From Bacteroidota bacterium (GTDB taxonomy: Bacteria; Bacteroidota; Bacteroidia; Bacteroidales; GCA-2748055): a DNA stretch of 58,978 bases. Positions 19,444 through 29,420 of this stretch are shown one piece after another. The stretch's first letter is position 1; the number at the start of each line of letters is the position of its first letter. The notes under the pieces were generated by a model. It did no database searches. It saw only the letters and a program-made list of their open reading frames with translations, and was not told where the DNA came from. A program made the translations under genes and the position numbers. Location of the stretch: NCBI GenBank assembly GCA_003648635.1, contig QMPQ01000002.1, forward strand, positions 1 to 58,978, read 5' to 3'.

Positions 19444-21531
19444 CTATTCCATTAACCACTGATCCAACCACCCTTTAAACTCCCTCTGCCAGAGGATGCC
19501 ATTCTGGGGACTGAGTACAAAGTGTGTTTCAGAAGGAAAGAAGAGCATGCGGCTGGGAATGCCCAGCATCTGGGCTGTATTAAATGCGGCCATGCCCTGG
19601 GTATAGGGAATGCGGTAGTCGTGCTCCCCCTGCATGAACATAATCGGTGTATCCCAGTTCTTTACGAAGTGATGGGGTGATCCGGCATAAGAATTCATCG
19701 CTACAGGATTGTCCTTTTCCCAGGGGGCTCCCCCGGTCTCCCAGTGCTGGAAAAACATTTCTTCGGTGGTAAAGTACATCATCTCCTCCTGGAAGACACC
19801 ACAATGGGATATGAAGGCCTTAAAGCGCCCTTCGTGGTTGCCGGCCAGCCAGTTGACGGAGAATCCACCGAAGCTGGCACCGACGCAACCCAGACGTTCT
19901 TGATCCACGAAGGGTTCTGCACTGATATCATCAATGGCACTAAGCAGGTCCTGCATGGCCAGTCCGCTGTTGTCCTTGCTAACCTGGTCGGTCCAGAGTT
20001 GTCCGTGACTGCTGACTCCCCGTCGGGCAGGGGCAATCACTACGTAATCATTGGAGGCCATCTGGCTCATGTTCCAGCGATAGCTCCAGAACTGGCCCAA
20101 CACACCCTGCGGTCCACCCGTGGCGAACATGACGGCCGGGTACTTCTTGCTCTTATCAAAATGGGGCGGGTAAATGGCCCAGACCAGCATTTGCTTGTTG
20201 TCGACAGTGGTCACCCAGCGTTTTTCTACCCTGGGCATGGTCAGCTGGTCCAGGAGGTGTTTGTTTTCAAAGCTCAATTCGGTGGCTTCCCCAGTAGAAG
20301 GATCAACACTGTAAATCTCCTGCGGTTTGCTCATGTCGACCCGGGTGGCTATAAGCCTGTCGCCAGCGGGGACAGCACTATGGTAATCGTGCATGCCTTC
20401 AGTCAGGGCAGTGATTTCGGTGGTCTTTACGTTCATTTTAAAGATCTGGTGCTCTGAATTCACTGCACAAACAAAATAAAGGTTCTCGCCTTCGTCAGCC
20501 CAGCTTTCCCCAAAGGGGGAGTAATCAAAATCAGGAGTGAGGTAGCGTTTTTCGCCATTGGCCAGGTCCATTTCAAAAAGACGTTCCTTGTCGGCTTCAT
20601 ACCCGGCTCTTTCCATACTGTGCCAATAAAGCTTGCTTCCGTCGGGAGAGAAGAAAGGCACGCGGTCGTAACCGGGCATCCCTTCAGTCAGGTTGCTGGT
20701 AAGTCCGCTTTCCAGGTCGTAAAGGTAGATGTCCGAATCGGTGCTGAAGGTGTATTCCACACCGCCCAGTTTCTTACAGGTGTATGCAATACCCCGGCTG
20801 TCGGGTGTCCAGGCCACTTCCTCCAGTCCACCGAAGGGTTTCATGGGTGAGTCGAAGGCCTCGCCTGGCATCAGGTCAGTTCCATCGGAGATTGTTCCAT
20901 CAAAATCAGCTATGAACACATGGCTGTAAGCGCCATCTTCCCAGGTGTTCCAGTGACGGTACATAAGGTCATTGATGACACGTCCATCTGTCTTCTGCAG
21001 GTCGGGGTGAAGATTCTGGGTAGTCTTGTCCACCTGAACTTCCTGTGTATACAGGACCTTAGTTCCGTCAGGAGAAAAAACCAGTCCGGTGATGCCTCCC
21101 TCCACATCGGATATAAGAGTTTTCCCGGAGCCATCTATTCCCATAAGCCAGGCCTGGAGGCTGCCGGAAGCTGAACTGATATATATAATCTGCTCTCCAT
21201 CGGGATGCCAGATGGCATTGAATTCATTCTGGGGTGTTTCGGTAAGTTGAACTTTTTCCGATCCATCGCTATTCATCACAAATAGTTCGCGATTACTCCG
21301 GTTTTGCTCAATGCTGTAGTAACTTACTCCATAAAGGATAAGTTGTCCGTCGGGCGATACCTGCACATCACCCAGGCGGCCGAAGGACCACAGGACTTCA
21401 GGGCTCATGATATCGGAACTCAGTGTTAAAAGGTTTTTGCCAATGAGCGGCGAGTCAGTCTCCTGCTGGACCTTTACCTGGCATGCGCTTAATAATCCAA
21501 GGATTGAAAGAAAAAGAACAGTTTTTTTCAT
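19444..21531 (-). CDS. S9 family serine peptidase (prolyl oligopeptidase/DPP-type) with N-terminal beta-propeller
   Basis: Nucleophile elbow GASFGGFS, a later GEHDYRIP (Asp) and SETHF (His). TolB-like repeats (SPDG...) in the N-terminal half. Signal peptide with Cys. Confidence 0.85.
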   Translation of the reverse strand: MKKTVLFLSILGLLSACQVKVQQETDSPLIGKNLLTLSSDIMSPEVLWSFGRLGDVQVSPDGQLILYGVSYYSIEQNRSNRELFVMNSDGSEKVQLTETPQNEFNAIWHPDGEQIIYISSASGSLQAWLMGIDGSGKTLISDVEGGITGLVFSPDGTKVLYTQEVQVDKTTQNLHPDLQKTDGRVINDLMYRHWNTWEDGAYSHVFIADFDGTISDGTDLMPGEAFDSPMKPFGGLEEVAWTPDSRGIAYTCKKLGGVEYTFSTDSDIYLYDLESGLTSNLTEGMPGYDRVPFFSPDGSKLYWHSMERAGYEADKERLFEMDLANGEKRYLTPDFDYSPFGESWADEGENLYFVCAVNSEHQIFKMNVKTTEITALTEGMHDYHSAVPAGDRLIATRVDMSKPQEIYSVDPSTGEATELSFENKHLLDQLTMPRVEKRWVTTVDNKQMLVWAIYPPHFDKSKKYPAVMFATGGPQGVLGQFWSYRWNMSQMASNDYVVIAPARRGVSSHGQLWTDQVSKDNSGLAMQDLLSAIDDISAEPFVDQERLGCVGASFGGFSVNWLAGNHEGRFKAFISHCGVFQEEMMYFTTEEMFFQHWETGGAPWEKDNPVAMNSYAGSPHHFVKNWDTPIMFMQGEHDYRIPYTQGMAAFNTAQMLGIPSRMLFFPSETHFVLSPQNGILWQREFKGWLDQWLME

Positions 21532-21571
21532 GATCTATACGTTTTTTCAGAGCGATAAATGTATGAATTAT

Positions 21572-22654
21572 TCAATGAGCTGTGACAATGTCCTTGAACA
21601 GGTCGACCTTTGCTGGTTCGGCAAGTAAACGCTCCCAGGACCATATCACTACTCCGGATGAAGGAGCTTCCAGAGCTGCTTCAAGGGTCTGCCTGAACTC
21701 CTCAAGGTCAAATTCTGTTTTCAGGTAGGCCTTCCCCACCTGGATGCTAGGCAGGATAGCTCCTCCTGTTTGCATATATATATCTTCCACGATGTGATGT
21801 ACCCAGGATGGAGCTTGTTTGACCATATGAGCGTAGGTCATGGGAGAGAGGTAGTCGCTAAATTCTGAAAGTGCCCTAATATCCTGTCCGGCCACCTTTT
21901 GAATTGCTCCATTGAAATCCTCTTTAGCCCAGGGAACCAGGTGGATATTAACCAGGATATCGGGCTTCTCTTCCCTGGCTGCTTCTGCAATTTCTTTTGC
22001 CATGGAAGTGATCAGCTGGCAATGCCAGGTGGTCCACGCATCCCCATGCTCATTTAGAATCCAGTCTGCTTTCTCCGGGATACCACTTAGCTCATCAGGG
22101 ATACTAATATCGGTTTCATGCTGGAAATGGTTCAGACAAACCGAGTCGAAGCAGGAGACAGGAAGAGAAGCCGGGTCCCGGTCGGGATATACCTTCTCCC
22201 AGTATACAAAATGACGGATAAAGTCGATGCTGATTCCGTCGGGTTGATGGTCACGGACAATACTGCGGGCATGTGCTACGACCTGCTGCCGGTAAGCCTC
22301 CCGGGAAGGGCAGACAAATTCAACCCACTCCTCTGCAGCCACTTCTCCATTCCGGTTTATGGCTGCGAGATCAGGCTCTTCGGCTAGAGCTTCGGGATTA
22401 AAAAAGACCGGGAAAATCACAAAGGTGGAGATCTGATGCTCCATGGCCTCTTTCATAAATTCCGAATCAGATATCAGGTCCTGGCTGCAAAATCCTGTGT
22501 TGATGCCCAGTTGGTTCCATTGTTCGAACAGCAGCGGATAGGGTCCGCTGTGTTTGTAGATTTTGGCTCCGATTATCGTGTGTTGTTTATCCGGAGAACA
22601 GCCTTTAAACACAAGCAGGAAGATGAACAGGAGGGAGAAGAAATATTTCATCAT
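21572..22654 (-). CDS. putative glycoside-hydrolase-like TIM-barrel lipoprotein (GHL10/DUF187-like)
   Basis: Lipobox VFKGC. FVCPSREAYRQQVVAHARSIVRDHQPDGISIDFIRHFVYWE resembles the ...V..Y.VDGIHLDYIRYP block of GHL10-type proteins. Resemblance only. Confidence 0.4.
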   Translation of the reverse strand: MMKYFFSLLFIFLLVFKGCSPDKQHTIIGAKIYKHSGPYPLLFEQWNQLGINTGFCSQDLISDSEFMKEAMEHQISTFVIFPVFFNPEALAEEPDLAAINRNGEVAAEEWVEFVCPSREAYRQQVVAHARSIVRDHQPDGISIDFIRHFVYWEKVYPDRDPASLPVSCFDSVCLNHFQHETDISIPDELSGIPEKADWILNEHGDAWTTWHCQLITSMAKEIAEAAREEKPDILVNIHLVPWAKEDFNGAIQKVAGQDIRALSEFSDYLSPMTYAHMVKQAPSWVHHIVEDIYMQTGGAILPSIQVGKAYLKTEFDLEEFRQTLEAALEAPSSGVVIWSWERLLAEPAKVDLFKDIVTAH

Positions 22655-22702
22655 AGTAATTATATTGTAGTCTTTAAATATAGCGCATAACTTTTAGATT
22701 CT

Positions 22703-23503
22703 ATGATCCGTAATCAGGCTTTAATAACAGGGGCAGCATCAGGGCTTGGGCTGGAATTCTGCAGACTTCTTGCCGCTGACTCCTATGACCTGGTGATGGT
22801 GGATAAGCATGGAGATGGCCTGGAACAAGCGGCCAAATCGATTCAGGATGCCTATGGTGCTGGGATCAAAATCATTGAGAAGGACCTGGGCCTTAACAGG
22901 GCTGCAGAAGAGTTATTCGCAGAGGTGAATCTCTACGAATTTGATATCCTCATTAATAGTGCCGGCTTTGGTCTTTTCGGTTTTTTTGCAGAGACCGACT
23001 GGCAGTTCGAAGAGAGCATGTTGCACTTGCATGTACTCAACCTGACTCACCTGTGCAAGCTGGTGGTCCAAAAGATGATCCACAGGGGATCGGGCAGGAT
23101 TATGAATGTCTCCTCCCTGGCAGCCTTTCAACCCGGACCCCTAATGAATGTTTACTATGCATCCAAGGCGTATATACACTACTTTTCGGAAGCACTTGCA
23201 AATGAAGTAAAAGGAACCGGTGTTACGGTTACGGTTCTTTTGCCGGGACTCTTTAATACCAATTTTGCCAGCACTGCCGCCAGCTATTCCGGATCGTCGG
23301 AAAAAAAGGAGAAGATCGTTACCACCACGGTGGAAGAGGTGGCTCGTACTGCCATGAAGGGGATGATGAAGGGACGGATCAGGATCATCCCCGGTTTTTC
23401 CAATAAACTGCTTTCCCTGGCGCCGCGCTTCCTGCCCAGGAATCTGGTACTTTCATCACTTCGGAGGATTCAGGAGCGAATAAGAAAAGAGGAGAGGGCC
23501 TAG
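22703..23503 (+). CDS. short-chain dehydrogenase/reductase (SDR)
   Basis: TGAASGLG cofactor motif and the catalytic YYASKAY (YxxxK). 266 aa. Confidence 0.85.
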   Translation: MIRNQALITGAASGLGLEFCRLLAADSYDLVMVDKHGDGLEQAAKSIQDAYGAGIKIIEKDLGLNRAAEELFAEVNLYEFDILINSAGFGLFGFFAETDWQFEESMLHLHVLNLTHLCKLVVQKMIHRGSGRIMNVSSLAAFQPGPLMNVYYASKAYIHYFSEALANEVKGTGVTVTVLLPGLFNTNFASTAASYSGSSEKKEKIVTTTVEEVARTAMKGMMKGRIRIIPGFSNKLLSLAPRFLPRNLVLSSLRRIQERIRKEERA

Positions 23504-23681
23504 ACTCCGATCTTTCAACAAGTTGCATCCTTTCTCTTTTTCCCTTACATTTAGCTACGAACCTAAAATCTGATGTATGAAACGATTAGCTTTCCTCCCA
23601 ATAATTTTGGTATTTGGATTTGCCCTTCAGCTTATACAAAAACTTCTTTATTGAAGGGATGATTAACTTAAGGATTGAAAA

Positions 23682-25922
23682 ATGTACAGATCTCTTCTGA
23701 TTATAATAGGCTTTGTTTTTTTGGGAAACCTTGTGGCACAGGATCCCCTGGAGCTTAATTGGACAGTTTCCTATGAGGACGAGAATGCTCCCGGGAATCT
23801 GCTTATAGCGGAAGCAACTGTACCGGGAGCTATTCAGCTTGATATTGCAAAGAATGAGGGCTATGGTCCTTATTACTATGGAGAGAATTGGAAAGATTAC
23901 CTCTGGATGGAGGACCGGGAATTCGTGTATGTAAGCAATTTTATCAAACCAAGCATGAAGGAAGGAGAGCGTTTGGTATTTCGTTCTCTGGGCATAGATT
24001 ACGAATTTGAGATTATTTTCAATGGAAAGAAATTGCTTAGCCAGGAGGGCATGTTTACTCCGGTGAGGCTTGACCTGACCAACTTGCTTTGGGTTAATAA
24101 TGAGCTCCGGATCAGGGTATTTCCCATACCAAAGAAAGATTCGGAATCGGCCGATCGCAATCAGGCAGCAGCTTCGGTCAAACCAGCAGTCTCTTATGGT
24201 TGGGACTGGCATCCCCGCCTGGTTCCAAGTGGTATTTGGGATGATACATGGCTGGAGATACTTCCTGAATCACACCTTGATGAAGTATCAGTGCAGTATA
24301 CCTTGAATGAGGATTTGACAAAGGCATTTATAAGAGTGGAGACTGCGGGTAAGAATCTGACAGCATGCAATATAAGCTGGAGTCTTGCGGATTCCTCCGG
24401 GAGCAAGGTTGATATGGGGTACCTGAAATCATACAATGATAAGGGAGTGCTCCTTACCGAACTTGTCAATCCGGAGTTATGGTGGCCACACGACCACGGG
24501 GAGCCCTACCTGTATACCTACACCCTAGAGTTGGCGGATCAGTCTGGGCTTACGCTGCAGACCTACGGGGGTCATCTGGGCTTTAGGATGGTGAAGCTGG
24601 TGATGAACGAAGGTGCCTGGGCAGAACCAAAGGGATTTCCAAAGACCAGGAGCGTAGCTCCCATCCAGTTGGAGATCAATGGGCTAAAGATTTTCTGCAA
24701 GGGAAGCAACTGGGTGAATCCGGAAATTTTCCCAGGGATAATAAGCAAAGAAAGGTACGAAGAGCTTCTTGATCTTGCCCTGGAGGCCAATTTTAATATG
24801 CTCAGGGTCTGGGGAGGAGGTATTGTTAACAAGGAGTCCTTTTATGATTTGTGTGACAGGAAGGGAATCCTGGTGTGGCAGGAGTTTCCCCTGGCTTGCA
24901 ACAATTATAAGAGTACTCAGGAATACCTGATGGTACTGAAGCAGGAAGCAGAGTCGATTGTTAAACGCATTCGCTTTCATCCTTCGTTGGCCATGTGGTC
25001 AGGTGGGAATGAACTATTTAATGCATGGAGCGGGATGACAGACCAATCATTTGCTATAAGATTGCTGAATGCCCTATGCCTTGAGCTGGACCCATATACT
25101 CCCTTTATTAGTACTTCCCCATTGATGGGAATGGGACACGGGCATTATGTGTTTCGTGATCAGGAGACAGGAGATGAGGTCTACGAGACGATGATGCGTG
25201 CTCATAATACTGCCTATACCGAATTTGGGATGCCTGGTCCTTCACCGGTGGAGATCCTGGAGACCATTATTCCCGAGGAGGAGCTTTGGCCCCCACAAGC
25301 TGGCACTTCCTGGGAGAGTCACCATGCTTACAATGCCTGGGTGGGTGATACCTGGCTGATGAAGGATATGATTGAAGATTATTTTGGTCGTGCGACCCAT
25401 CTTGAGGAGCTTGTGGAGATGGGGCAGTTGCTGCAAAGTGAAGGTTATAAAGCCATTTATGAAGAGGCCAGGCGACAAAAACCTTACTGCTCCATGGCCC
25501 TGAACTGGTGTTACAATGAGCCCTGGCCCACAGCCGCCAATAACAGCATTATTAACTGGCCCAGCTTGCCCAAGCCTGCTTTCTACGCAGTCCGGGATGC
25601 CTGCAGACCTGTTCTTGCAAGTGCTCGTAACTACAAGCTGACATGGAGGCGGGATGAGCCGTTCTCAACTCAGTTATGGATACTGAACGATCGCTACCAG
25701 ACCCTTGAATCGGGAGTGGTAAAAGCTACCCTGATAGCCGGGAAAAAGGTCCTGGATCTGGGTAGCTGGGAGTTTGGGCGTGTAGAATCCAATTCCAACC
25801 TGGAAGGGCCCGTATTGAAAGCCATACTACCACGTTGGAAATCAGATGGCTTCATCCTTCATCTGGAAGTGCTTGGGCACCCTGAATACAGATCCGAATA
25901 CATGTTTTTATTTTCTGATTAA
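23682..25922 (+). CDS. glycoside hydrolase family 2 (beta-mannosidase / exo-glucosaminidase-like)
   Basis: Signal peptide. YGWDWHPRLVPSGIWDDTWLE, NMLRVWGGG, WQEFPLAC (acid/base Glu) and YTEFGMPG (nucleophile Glu) are in the GH2 order. Confidence 0.8.
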   Translation: MYRSLLIIIGFVFLGNLVAQDPLELNWTVSYEDENAPGNLLIAEATVPGAIQLDIAKNEGYGPYYYGENWKDYLWMEDREFVYVSNFIKPSMKEGERLVFRSLGIDYEFEIIFNGKKLLSQEGMFTPVRLDLTNLLWVNNELRIRVFPIPKKDSESADRNQAAASVKPAVSYGWDWHPRLVPSGIWDDTWLEILPESHLDEVSVQYTLNEDLTKAFIRVETAGKNLTACNISWSLADSSGSKVDMGYLKSYNDKGVLLTELVNPELWWPHDHGEPYLYTYTLELADQSGLTLQTYGGHLGFRMVKLVMNEGAWAEPKGFPKTRSVAPIQLEINGLKIFCKGSNWVNPEIFPGIISKERYEELLDLALEANFNMLRVWGGGIVNKESFYDLCDRKGILVWQEFPLACNNYKSTQEYLMVLKQEAESIVKRIRFHPSLAMWSGGNELFNAWSGMTDQSFAIRLLNALCLELDPYTPFISTSPLMGMGHGHYVFRDQETGDEVYETMMRAHNTAYTEFGMPGPSPVEILETIIPEEELWPPQAGTSWESHHAYNAWVGDTWLMKDMIEDYFGRATHLEELVEMGQLLQSEGYKAIYEEARRQKPYCSMALNWCYNEPWPTAANNSIINWPSLPKPAFYAVRDACRPVLASARNYKLTWRRDEPFSTQLWILNDRYQTLESGVVKATLIAGKKVLDLGSWEFGRVESNSNLEGPVLKAILPRWKSDGFILHLEVLGHPEYRSEYMFLFSD

Positions 25923-25944
25923 CACGTACGTACCAGAAGCGTTC

Positions 25945-26913
25945 CTAAGTTTGCCCGTGCATGGGATAGCTGAAGATGGGATCGGTCTTCATGGCTTTCT
26001 CTTTGATGGCCGCAATCTCATCTTTATCCATGGGTTTGAATTCTGTGGCCAGACCAAGGGCCATGGAAAAGAGGTCTTCATGACCGGGAGGAATGGCAGC
26101 CGTAACCGGGTGTGAAAGGGTAAACCTGAGTCCTGCCCGGGCCTGCTCTTTGTCGGTCAGTGGTTTATACCAGGTTTTGTCTATGTTTCGCTCTTCATCC
26201 TCTTCCCATTTTCTCCAGGCCATTGCTTTTAGTGCAAGGATTCCCATTCCTCTTTTCTGTGCTTCTTCCATAACCTGCGGGCCAAAATTCCCATTGTACC
26301 AGGCAGCAAAGTTGAAGGGGAAGAGAATGGTATCAAAATCAAAACCTTCCATCAGGGCCAGGGCTGCCTCCACCGAATGGGCTGAAAATCCCAGGTATTT
26401 CACCTTGCCTTCATCACGTGCTTCTACAAAAGTCTCCATGGCTCCACCCTTTCCAAATATAGTATCCACATCCTCCAGAGTGGTGACTGCATGCAACTGG
26501 TAGAGATCAAAGTGGTCGGTATGGAGGTAGTTTAGTGACTGCTCCAGCTCCCGGCGGGATCCGTCTTTTTTTCGCTCACCGGTTTTGCAAGCCAGGAAAA
26601 CATCTTTCCGGTAGGGTTCCAGGGCGGGACCCAGCATCTCCTCGGCATTGCCATAGGATGGAGCCACATCAAAATAGTTAATACCATGATCAATGGCCTC
26701 CTTGACCCGGCTGGCTGCCTGTTCCGTGGTAGCTTTGTCAACAACAATGCCTCCGAATCCAATCATTGACAACATTTCACCTGTTTTTCCAAGGACCCGT
26801 TTTTCAATTTTCCCCTTTGCTGTTTCACGGATAAGAGCTGATAAATTGGCGGGGAACATACTGATCAGTGGCACGCTCATAGCTGAAGTTTCAATGAATT
26901 TTCTTCTTTTCAT
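25945..26913 (-). CDS. aldo/keto reductase with Tat-type signal
   Basis: N-terminus MKRRKFIETSAM... is a twin-arginine motif. AKR blocks INYFDVAPSYG, FLACKT and DLYQLH are present. Confidence 0.8.
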   Translation of the reverse strand: MKRRKFIETSAMSVPLISMFPANLSALIRETAKGKIEKRVLGKTGEMLSMIGFGGIVVDKATTEQAASRVKEAIDHGINYFDVAPSYGNAEEMLGPALEPYRKDVFLACKTGERKKDGSRRELEQSLNYLHTDHFDLYQLHAVTTLEDVDTIFGKGGAMETFVEARDEGKVKYLGFSAHSVEAALALMEGFDFDTILFPFNFAAWYNGNFGPQVMEEAQKRGMGILALKAMAWRKWEEDEERNIDKTWYKPLTDKEQARAGLRFTLSHPVTAAIPPGHEDLFSMALGLATEFKPMDKDEIAAIKEKAMKTDPIFSYPMHGQT

Positions 26914-26961
26914 GTCTCGTGGTTTTAAGCCAAGTTAGGAAATTGCTTTCCATAAGTCAAA

Positions 26962-27978
26962 TTATTCAACCGCCGCTTCAGCTGCTGATGCATTCTCAAG
27001 GGTAGAATAGAAATCGGTCATGATGGCATCCCTGTTGAAGTTCTCCCAGACGGTAATCACCCTGCTGTTTCCGCCTTGTTCTACCCATTCATTATTTAGA
27101 TAGAGGGGAGACGGAATCTCATAAGCTTCAGCCCAAGAGGGATCTTTAACAATGGCCACTGCTGCCATATCAAAAAGCGACCGGAAACAGCCATTCTCAA
27201 GGGAGGTAATGTTTCGGAACAGGTCCACCGAATAGTCTCCAAAACAGGTGAAGGCACCCCCATGCCTTCCTGTAACCGCTTCGTCCACCACAGGTCCCAT
27301 CCCTGGCATGCGGGCATAAATGTTTCTCCTTTTAGCCATCACATATGCTGTGCCCGAAGTTTCTCCATAACGAACGGTTACCATTTCAAAAGGCACATCT
27401 GTTTTAAGGATGTAGTTCATGGATGCAATATCGTTATCCAGGTTGTATTCGCCCGGAGCGGGATAGTTGGCACCCAGCCAGACAATCCGAATTTTCTTGG
27501 CAATGGCAGGTTCCTTTTCCAGGGCCAGGGCCACATTGGTGAGTTTTCCTACAGGAAGCAGAACCAGCTTCTCTTTTCGCTTTTTCATGGCCTCCTGAAT
27601 GATGAAATCAACGGCCTCTGATCCATCGAACTCCTCCTGCTTAAGCTGAGCTCTTATCTCTTCGAAATCACCATTGGCACCTTTGATCACCCTAACTTTA
27701 TCTTTCCATCCCACCAGATCCACCACGCGCTGGGCCTCTTTCATATGCTCATCAATTTCTCCGCCATTGTAAGTGGCGTTGGTGGTGATGCCCAGTATAT
27801 TGAAGCTCTGATCATTTAGCAGCAGATAGGCCAGCGCATGCTGGTCGTCCAGTTCATTATTGGCATCGGTATCGAAGATCACAGGAATGCCTGCTTCACT
27901 TACATTGCTGCTGTTGTTGCAGCTGCTGACAAGGAAAAAAATAACAAGGAGGGATAGGATTGAAACTGTATTCTTCAT
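26962..27978 (-). CDS. nucleoside hydrolase-like (IUNH fold) lipoprotein
   Basis: Lipobox VSSC. VIFDTDANNELDDQHAL matches the DxDxxxDD calcium/ribose-binding motif of inosine-uridine nucleoside hydrolases. Confidence 0.7.
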   Translation of the reverse strand: MKNTVSILSLLVIFFLVSSCNNSSNVSEAGIPVIFDTDANNELDDQHALAYLLLNDQSFNILGITTNATYNGGEIDEHMKEAQRVVDLVGWKDKVRVIKGANGDFEEIRAQLKQEEFDGSEAVDFIIQEAMKKRKEKLVLLPVGKLTNVALALEKEPAIAKKIRIVWLGANYPAPGEYNLDNDIASMNYILKTDVPFEMVTVRYGETSGTAYVMAKRRNIYARMPGMGPVVDEAVTGRHGGAFTCFGDYSVDLFRNITSLENGCFRSLFDMAAVAIVKDPSWAEAYEIPSPLYLNNEWVEQGGNSRVITVWENFNRDAIMTDFYSTLENASAAEAAVE

Positions 27979-28000
27979 AGTAGTAAATATAAGTTAATGG

Positions 28001-28717
28001 TTAGTCGCTTCGGGCGGTGAATTTACGAAATAGGATCCAAACAAGAAAAAGATGAAACAGGAACGTGATGCTGGCATAGAGCCAGAAAGTATCCTGGGAA
28101 TCTGACAGAAGGGATCGGCTGGCCCAGAAGAGAGGAGAGTAGGCTCCGCTCCAGTTGTAGGGTGCAGGCAGGGCAAAACCAAGTAAGGGTCCCATCAACA
28201 GGATTCCAAATCCCTTGGAGATAGCCATACCTATTACTTTGTTATCGGCAAAGGCCCCCAGCAAAAGCAGCAGGATCAGGGATTGGCTTGATATCAGGAG
28301 TGAAATCACAATCAGTTGCAGGATATTCAGGGTGCCAGTGAGCCCGAGAAGGAACAGGAAAAGGATGATAAAAACAAAGCTGAGGAAAAGGGGGATGCCC
28401 ATTCTTAGTTTCAGGTAGCCGAATTTTCCGGTGGGGGTGACCGAAATGGCAGTGATGATTCCCCCATCTCGTTCATCAAGCAGGATAAATCCGTAGACCA
28501 TTCCCATCATCATTGGGATAAGCATAAGAAAGAATATTCCGGTCTGCCTGTAATAGGGTGAGATATCCACATTCCATTGTTTCATCACCAGAACTTCCAG
28601 GAAGGGAAAGAGGAGATGCATCAGAGCCCAGAGAATAAAGGGAACCAGCAGGCTGAGAATCAGCATGGGATCACCTTTCAGTAGTTTATAGTCGTATGGG
28701 ATAGCACTCCAATTCAC
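28001..28717 (-). CDS. ABC-2 type transporter permease
   Basis: 238 aa with about 6 TM segments. Follows a second permease and an ABC ATPase with gaps of 6-13 nt. Confidence 0.65.
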   Translation of the reverse strand: MNWSAIPYDYKLLKGDPMLILSLLVPFILWALMHLLFPFLEVLVMKQWNVDISPYYRQTGIFFLMLIPMMMGMVYGFILLDERDGGIITAISVTPTGKFGYLKLRMGIPLFLSFVFIILFLFLLGLTGTLNILQLIVISLLISSQSLILLLLLGAFADNKVIGMAISKGFGILLMGPLLGFALPAPYNWSGAYSPLFWASRSLLSDSQDTFWLYASITFLFHLFLVWILFRKFTARSD

Positions 28718-28723
28718 TGCATA

Positions 28724-29407
28724 CTATTTAAATACAAGATATCGTGTGACCCGCCGGATGGCATATCTGTAGGCTATGAATCCCCAGACTACCAGCAGGA
28801 CAATATCCAAAAGGATCCTCCAAAAGGGTAGCGGATTCATGGTGCCCAGCATCAGATCCAGCGAGGCCACATAGGGTAGAATCAGGAAGACGGGATGTTG
28901 TTCCAGAAGCATATAGGGAAGTACAGGGAGGATCAATAGCATGGAGACTCCCATCAGGAGACCAAAATATTGATTGATGGTATCGATTCGTGCAGCAAGT
29001 CCCAGGCCCAGCAGCACAAAAGTGCCCGCGGTGAAAGCAATTGTTGCCAGCAGGAGCAGGGTGTATGCACTGAAGTGCCATACAGGCAAATAGACCAGTA
29101 TGCTCATGCTTATGGCAATCAGTGAAAGGGAGAGGGTTTTAGACCAGATATAATGAGAAGGTTCCAGGGGGGTCACAAACAGACTCTGGATCACAAGCTG
29201 CTGTTTCTCAAGCAAGACCAGCGCCCCAATAAAAATAACCCCCAGCATGGTGGTGTCGGAGAGAATCAGAATCAGACTCACCAGCATCCGGTTTTTTTCC
29301 GGAAGACTTAAAAGGACGGTAACATAGATGGCTGTGAATACAAAATAGACCAGCCAGAAGCCCTGGCGCCATTGAAGTATGATCTCTTTTTTCAGCAGCA
29401 GCTTCAT
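28724..29407 (-). CDS. ABC-2 type transporter permease
   Basis: 227 aa, polytopic. It lies 13 nt downstream of the ABC ATPase gene. Confidence 0.65.
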   Translation of the reverse strand: MKLLLKKEIILQWRQGFWLVYFVFTAIYVTVLLSLPEKNRMLVSLILILSDTTMLGVIFIGALVLLEKQQLVIQSLFVTPLEPSHYIWSKTLSLSLIAISMSILVYLPVWHFSAYTLLLLATIAFTAGTFVLLGLGLAARIDTINQYFGLLMGVSMLLILPVLPYMLLEQHPVFLILPYVASLDLMLGTMNPLPFWRILLDIVLLVVWGFIAYRYAIRRVTRYLVFK

Positions 29408-29420
29408 TTTTCTAAGCTAT

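Noticed and set aside
19438-19560. Fluoride riboswitch expected upstream of crcB
   Set aside because: Only 6 nt separate crcB from the preceding CDS. The minus-strand sequence of the peptidase 3' end shows nothing like the conserved GGxGAUG...CUGAUG...CUAC core. A covariance-model scan would be the decisive test.
23586-24212. 208-aa minus-strand ORF overlapping the 5' end of the GH2 gene
   Set aside because: It is antisense to a well-supported GH2 CDS. The protein is low-complexity with Ile/Lys/Phe/Cys-rich junk-like composition, has no motifs and extends into an AT-rich promoter region. It is a shadow ORF.
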